Shown here: in pieces, positions 61,115 to 64,000 of the stretch
Layout of the letters: each line of letters starts with the position of its first letter
How positions within the stretch are numbered: the stretch's first letter is position 1
From: an uncultured Verrucomicrobiae bacterium
Lineage (GTDB): Bacteria; Verrucomicrobiota; Verrucomicrobiia; Palsa-1439
Length of the DNA stretch: 64,000 nucleotides
Direction: 5' to 3'
NCBI GenBank assembly: GCA_963812605.1
Contig: CAWEWF010000001.1
Coordinates: forward strand, 384,001 to 448,000
The notes under the pieces: generated by a model
The model's database searches: none
What the model was told of the DNA's origin: nothing
Seen by the model: only the letters and a program-made list of their open reading frames with translations
Program-made: the position numbers and the translations under genes

Positions 61115-61621
61115 TTATTTGCGATGGGTCACTTGTTTTGCCGGAAGGGCCGTGATGCGCTGTTTGATGTCGGCGGGTTCAACGTCCGACGCGACAACCT
61201 GGCCGTCGATCGATGCTTCCACATAGTAACCTTCCACCTTGGACGCGTGCGTGCGGAGTTCAATCGGCCCGGCGTCAAAGCTGAATTTTTCGGCCGGCTT
61301 GAAGTCATGGGACAGCTTGCCCATTTCCGCGTGTAATGGCCTGCCGGGATGATTGATTAACACCGCCCAATGGAATTCTACGTGGTCGCGCGGCAGGCCG
61401 CTCATATTCATGACATCAACGGTATACGAAACCGTTTCGCTGGTTTCACGAGACGTCACCGAATCCGAGTCGCTCACCCACGATTCGGTCCTGCGGGTGG
61501 TGTAATTCGCGTGATCGTTCCTGGTCACCTTCAATTGCAGCGGGCTGGTCGCCGGCTGCGCCAGGATCGTCGCCGCGAATGAGACCACCATCACCGAAGC
61601 TATTGCCCAGAGTTTTTTCAT
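61115..61621 (-). CDS. Secreted hypothetical protein (paralog of 51265..51834)
   Basis: Signal peptide, AAAGGAG RBS, shared motifs. Confidence 0.75.
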   Translation of the reverse strand: MKKLWAIASVMVVSFAATILAQPATSPLQLKVTRNDHANYTTRRTESWVSDSDSVTSRETSETVSYTVDVMNMSGLPRDHVEFHWAVLINHPGRPLHAEMGKLSHDFKPAEKFSFDAGPIELRTHASKVEGYYVEASIDGQVVASDVEPADIKQRITALPAKQVTHRK

Positions 61622-61660
61622 TGCGCAACTCCTTTCAAATAAACCGGCGGAACGGGGACG

Positions 61661-63333
61661 TCAATGACCATGCAGACGGAAGAAGGCATGGTCGATGTTC
61701 GGGCTGTTGGTCACGACGAAACTGTTGCCCACGATGTTCACGGTGTCGGTGACAGCGGCCCAGTTGCCGGCGACCAGGTCGGTGGTTGTTTCCAACACGG
61801 CATTTGTGGCGGATGATGGCCAGGAAATCACCGCCTGATTGTTCACCTTTGTGATCTGCAGCGCGTCGGGAGTATAGAAGGAAACCGGAAGCGAACTATT
61901 GCCATTCGCCACGACGACCAGTGAATACGTTCCCGCAACCAAACCGGCCGGCAACCTGAATTCCGTGGTTTCGGGTGTGGTCCCGGTCATGACGCTGGTG
62001 CTGCTCCAATTGAAAGTGCGCGCGTAATGGACGTTACCGGCGGCATCGGTCAGGCGGACGATGGGGTAGTTGCTGTTCATCTGCCAGTCATCGCCATAAG
62101 CCGCGCCTTCCGAGATGCCATTGAGCAGGGCGCCGGTCAGGTGATAGGAGCCGTCAGCATTCGGGGTGATCGTGGTGATGAACGGCTTGCCCGGCGGCCA
62201 GGGGTGAGCCGTCGGGCTGATAAACGTAGAGTTGGGAGCTGAATTGGGAGTAGAGCACGGTCCCATCCGGTAGGTCGAGCATGAGGGTCCAGTAGGAAGG
62301 GTGATTGGCGGTGGTGCCACCCGCCGGGGCGTTTGCCTGGGTGAAAGCGTTGCTGACTGGATCGTACTCGTAGAAGCTTGTCGGCGATGGGAAATGGTTG
62401 CCAGAGGTGGGAACGGGGGACACGGCACAAAGAATCCTGCCGTTGACCATCATGGCCGCCGCCGCATCGGGGGTTCCCTGCGCATTGGGGATATTGGGGC
62501 CGGCCGTCCAGGCGCCCGGGCTAGTCGTGCCTGTCGGGGTGTACAGGGCGGTGTGCCCGGTGCTGCCCAGAAAAAAGGCCTTTCCACTCGGCAGCAGGAA
62601 ACCGGCTCCCGAGTTCGAATCCAAAGCTGTCATAAAGCTGTTCCGGAACATTTCCGTCGTTGACCCACATATTCAAGGAAGGGATGTAACGTTCCGAGTT
62701 GGTGCTGGCCGGGTCAATGGTGAGGATACTGTCGTCGGGAAGCTTGACCCAACTGGCTTCGTCCTGGTCGGTGCCCCGGAAGAAATTCGGTCCATCCATC
62801 CATGTATTACTCAGGTAATCAAAAATGACCGTGCCGCCCGAGATAACCGGCGCGACGAGCACATTACCGTTGGGCAGCACCTTCGATACCGAGTCATAGA
62901 AATCCTCTCCCGAACTCGGAAGCGACGTCCACACGTTGACCAACGGATCGTATACCTCGGCCGTTTGCGAATTTGCGGAATGCATACCGGCGGAACCATA
63001 CTCGCCGCCCGCGACAAAAACCCTGCCGTCCTTGAGAACTTGCGAGGAGAAGTAGAGACGGGCATCGTGCATCGGGGCCAGCGTTGTCCAGGTGCCGTTC
63101 ACGTAGCTACCGTGAATGTCCGGCGTCAGCCGATACCAATTACTGCTCGTGCCGGATTGTTGGGCCATGACCGTGCCATCGGGGAGCAGGAGCATGAGAT
63201 CAACCGAACTGGGCGCGGTATGGGCCAGCGGCGTCCAGTTCCCCACGGCCATTGCCCGCCATGGAATCAATACTCCCCCAGCAGCCAACAATATTCCCAG
63301 CCAGCGGCAACGCCTGGATAACGCCGCGAACAT
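61661..63333 (-). CDS. Secreted Kelch-repeat beta-propeller protein, frameshifted
   Basis: LLLPDGTV, VLKDGRVFVAGGEYG, AEVYDP, LPDDSIL, GAAYGDD.QM.SNYPIVRL across three ORFs; C-terminal FFRL domain. Confidence 0.82.
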
Positions 63334-63506
63334 CGTTCGCTATCCAAGCACAAGATTACTATGGAATTCAAGAATTCTCGGGCGGCAGCGAACATCTCAA
63401 ATTGGTGCCGAACCGCATGCGGAAAGAACACTGGCATGCACCCTGTGCGCCGCCTCGGTCGACGAAGCTGTGCCGCGCAGGCTCGTGCGTGTGGGTAGTG
63501 GCTGGT

Positions 63507-64000
63507 TTACCCGGGGAGTGTCGCCATGAGCGGCGTTCTCCGTTTCCAGAGCAGCGCACCATAGGAAAGGGCGTATATTACCAGCGCCACCAGCAACTGG
63601 TGGCGAAAGCCAATGATTAACGTACTATACTCCGCCAGCCCGCCCACCACGGCCCCCAGCAGATTAGACGCGAACGCCAGGTCGGGCGTCGCGTTGCGCT
63701 TAAACGAATGCGCGAAGACGAAAGCTGCGAAGAAGAGTGGCGATCCCATCAGGACCATCGCCACGACCAGCCGCAGCCACAGTCGCACCCCCAGAAGATC
63801 GTGAATGGGGTAGAGGAAATTCACGAGTATGGAAATGCCCAGCAACGCGTAGCACAGCCGCAGGTTCACGGCAGAAAGTCGCTGCATGATGAGATTGGCC
63901 AGCAGTATCACCAGCAGGATTGCCGTGAATACGATCGAGTTGACGACCCATGTTGAACCGAACAACAGGGCGAAAGCGGGTGACGCTGAGCGTTTCAATC
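63507..64000 (-). CDS. C-terminal membrane part of a spermidine-synthase-like membrane protein (partial)
   Basis: ALLFGSTWVVNSIVF, PLFFAAFVF, AFASNLLGAVVGGLAEY. Confidence 0.72.
   Translation of the reverse strand, partial: LKRSASPAFALLFGSTWVVNSIVFTAILLVILLANLIMQRLSAVNLRLCYALLGISILVNFLYPIHDLLGVRLWLRLVVAMVLMGSPLFFAAFVFAHSFKRNATPDLAFASNLLGAVVGGLAEYSTLIIGFRHQLLVALVIYALSYGALLWKRRTPLMATLPG

Overview
A GC-rich bacterial chromosomal window. The lineage is probably Verrucomicrobiota/PVC, inferred from extended ECF sigma factors, DUF5069, secreted proteins ending in an 'FxRL' domain, and REP-like palindromes. Housekeeping genes include nth, polX, ppa, sixA, leuC-type dehydratase, lipoate ligase, rmuC, ino1, parA and tRNA-Arg(CCG). 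Other content: a kdp potassium locus, several toxin-antitoxin modules, a small defence-like islet (about 12.4-16.9 kb), two GT-C glycosyltransferases and three large secreted proteins. About a dozen frameshifts split otherwise intact genes, most likely long-read assembly indels. The most unusual signals are: (1) a DpnA-like GATC adenine methyltransferase with a dense GATC array (6 sites in 36 bp) right at its start codon, and a homologous array (5 sites) 1140 bp away in front of a second in-frame start, next to a winged-helix/PD-(D/E)XK nuclease-like gene; (2) a kdp operon split by a PemK TA pair and an HNH nuclease, with an identically spaced 67-bp promoter motif before both kdpA and kdpB, a deviant KdpA selectivity filter and an embedded USP plus Hanks-type Ser/Thr kinase; (3) two unrelated orphan genes that share both an upstream and a downstream motif, like cassettes; (4) many apparent leaderless promoters. 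All calls were made by eye, with no database searches.
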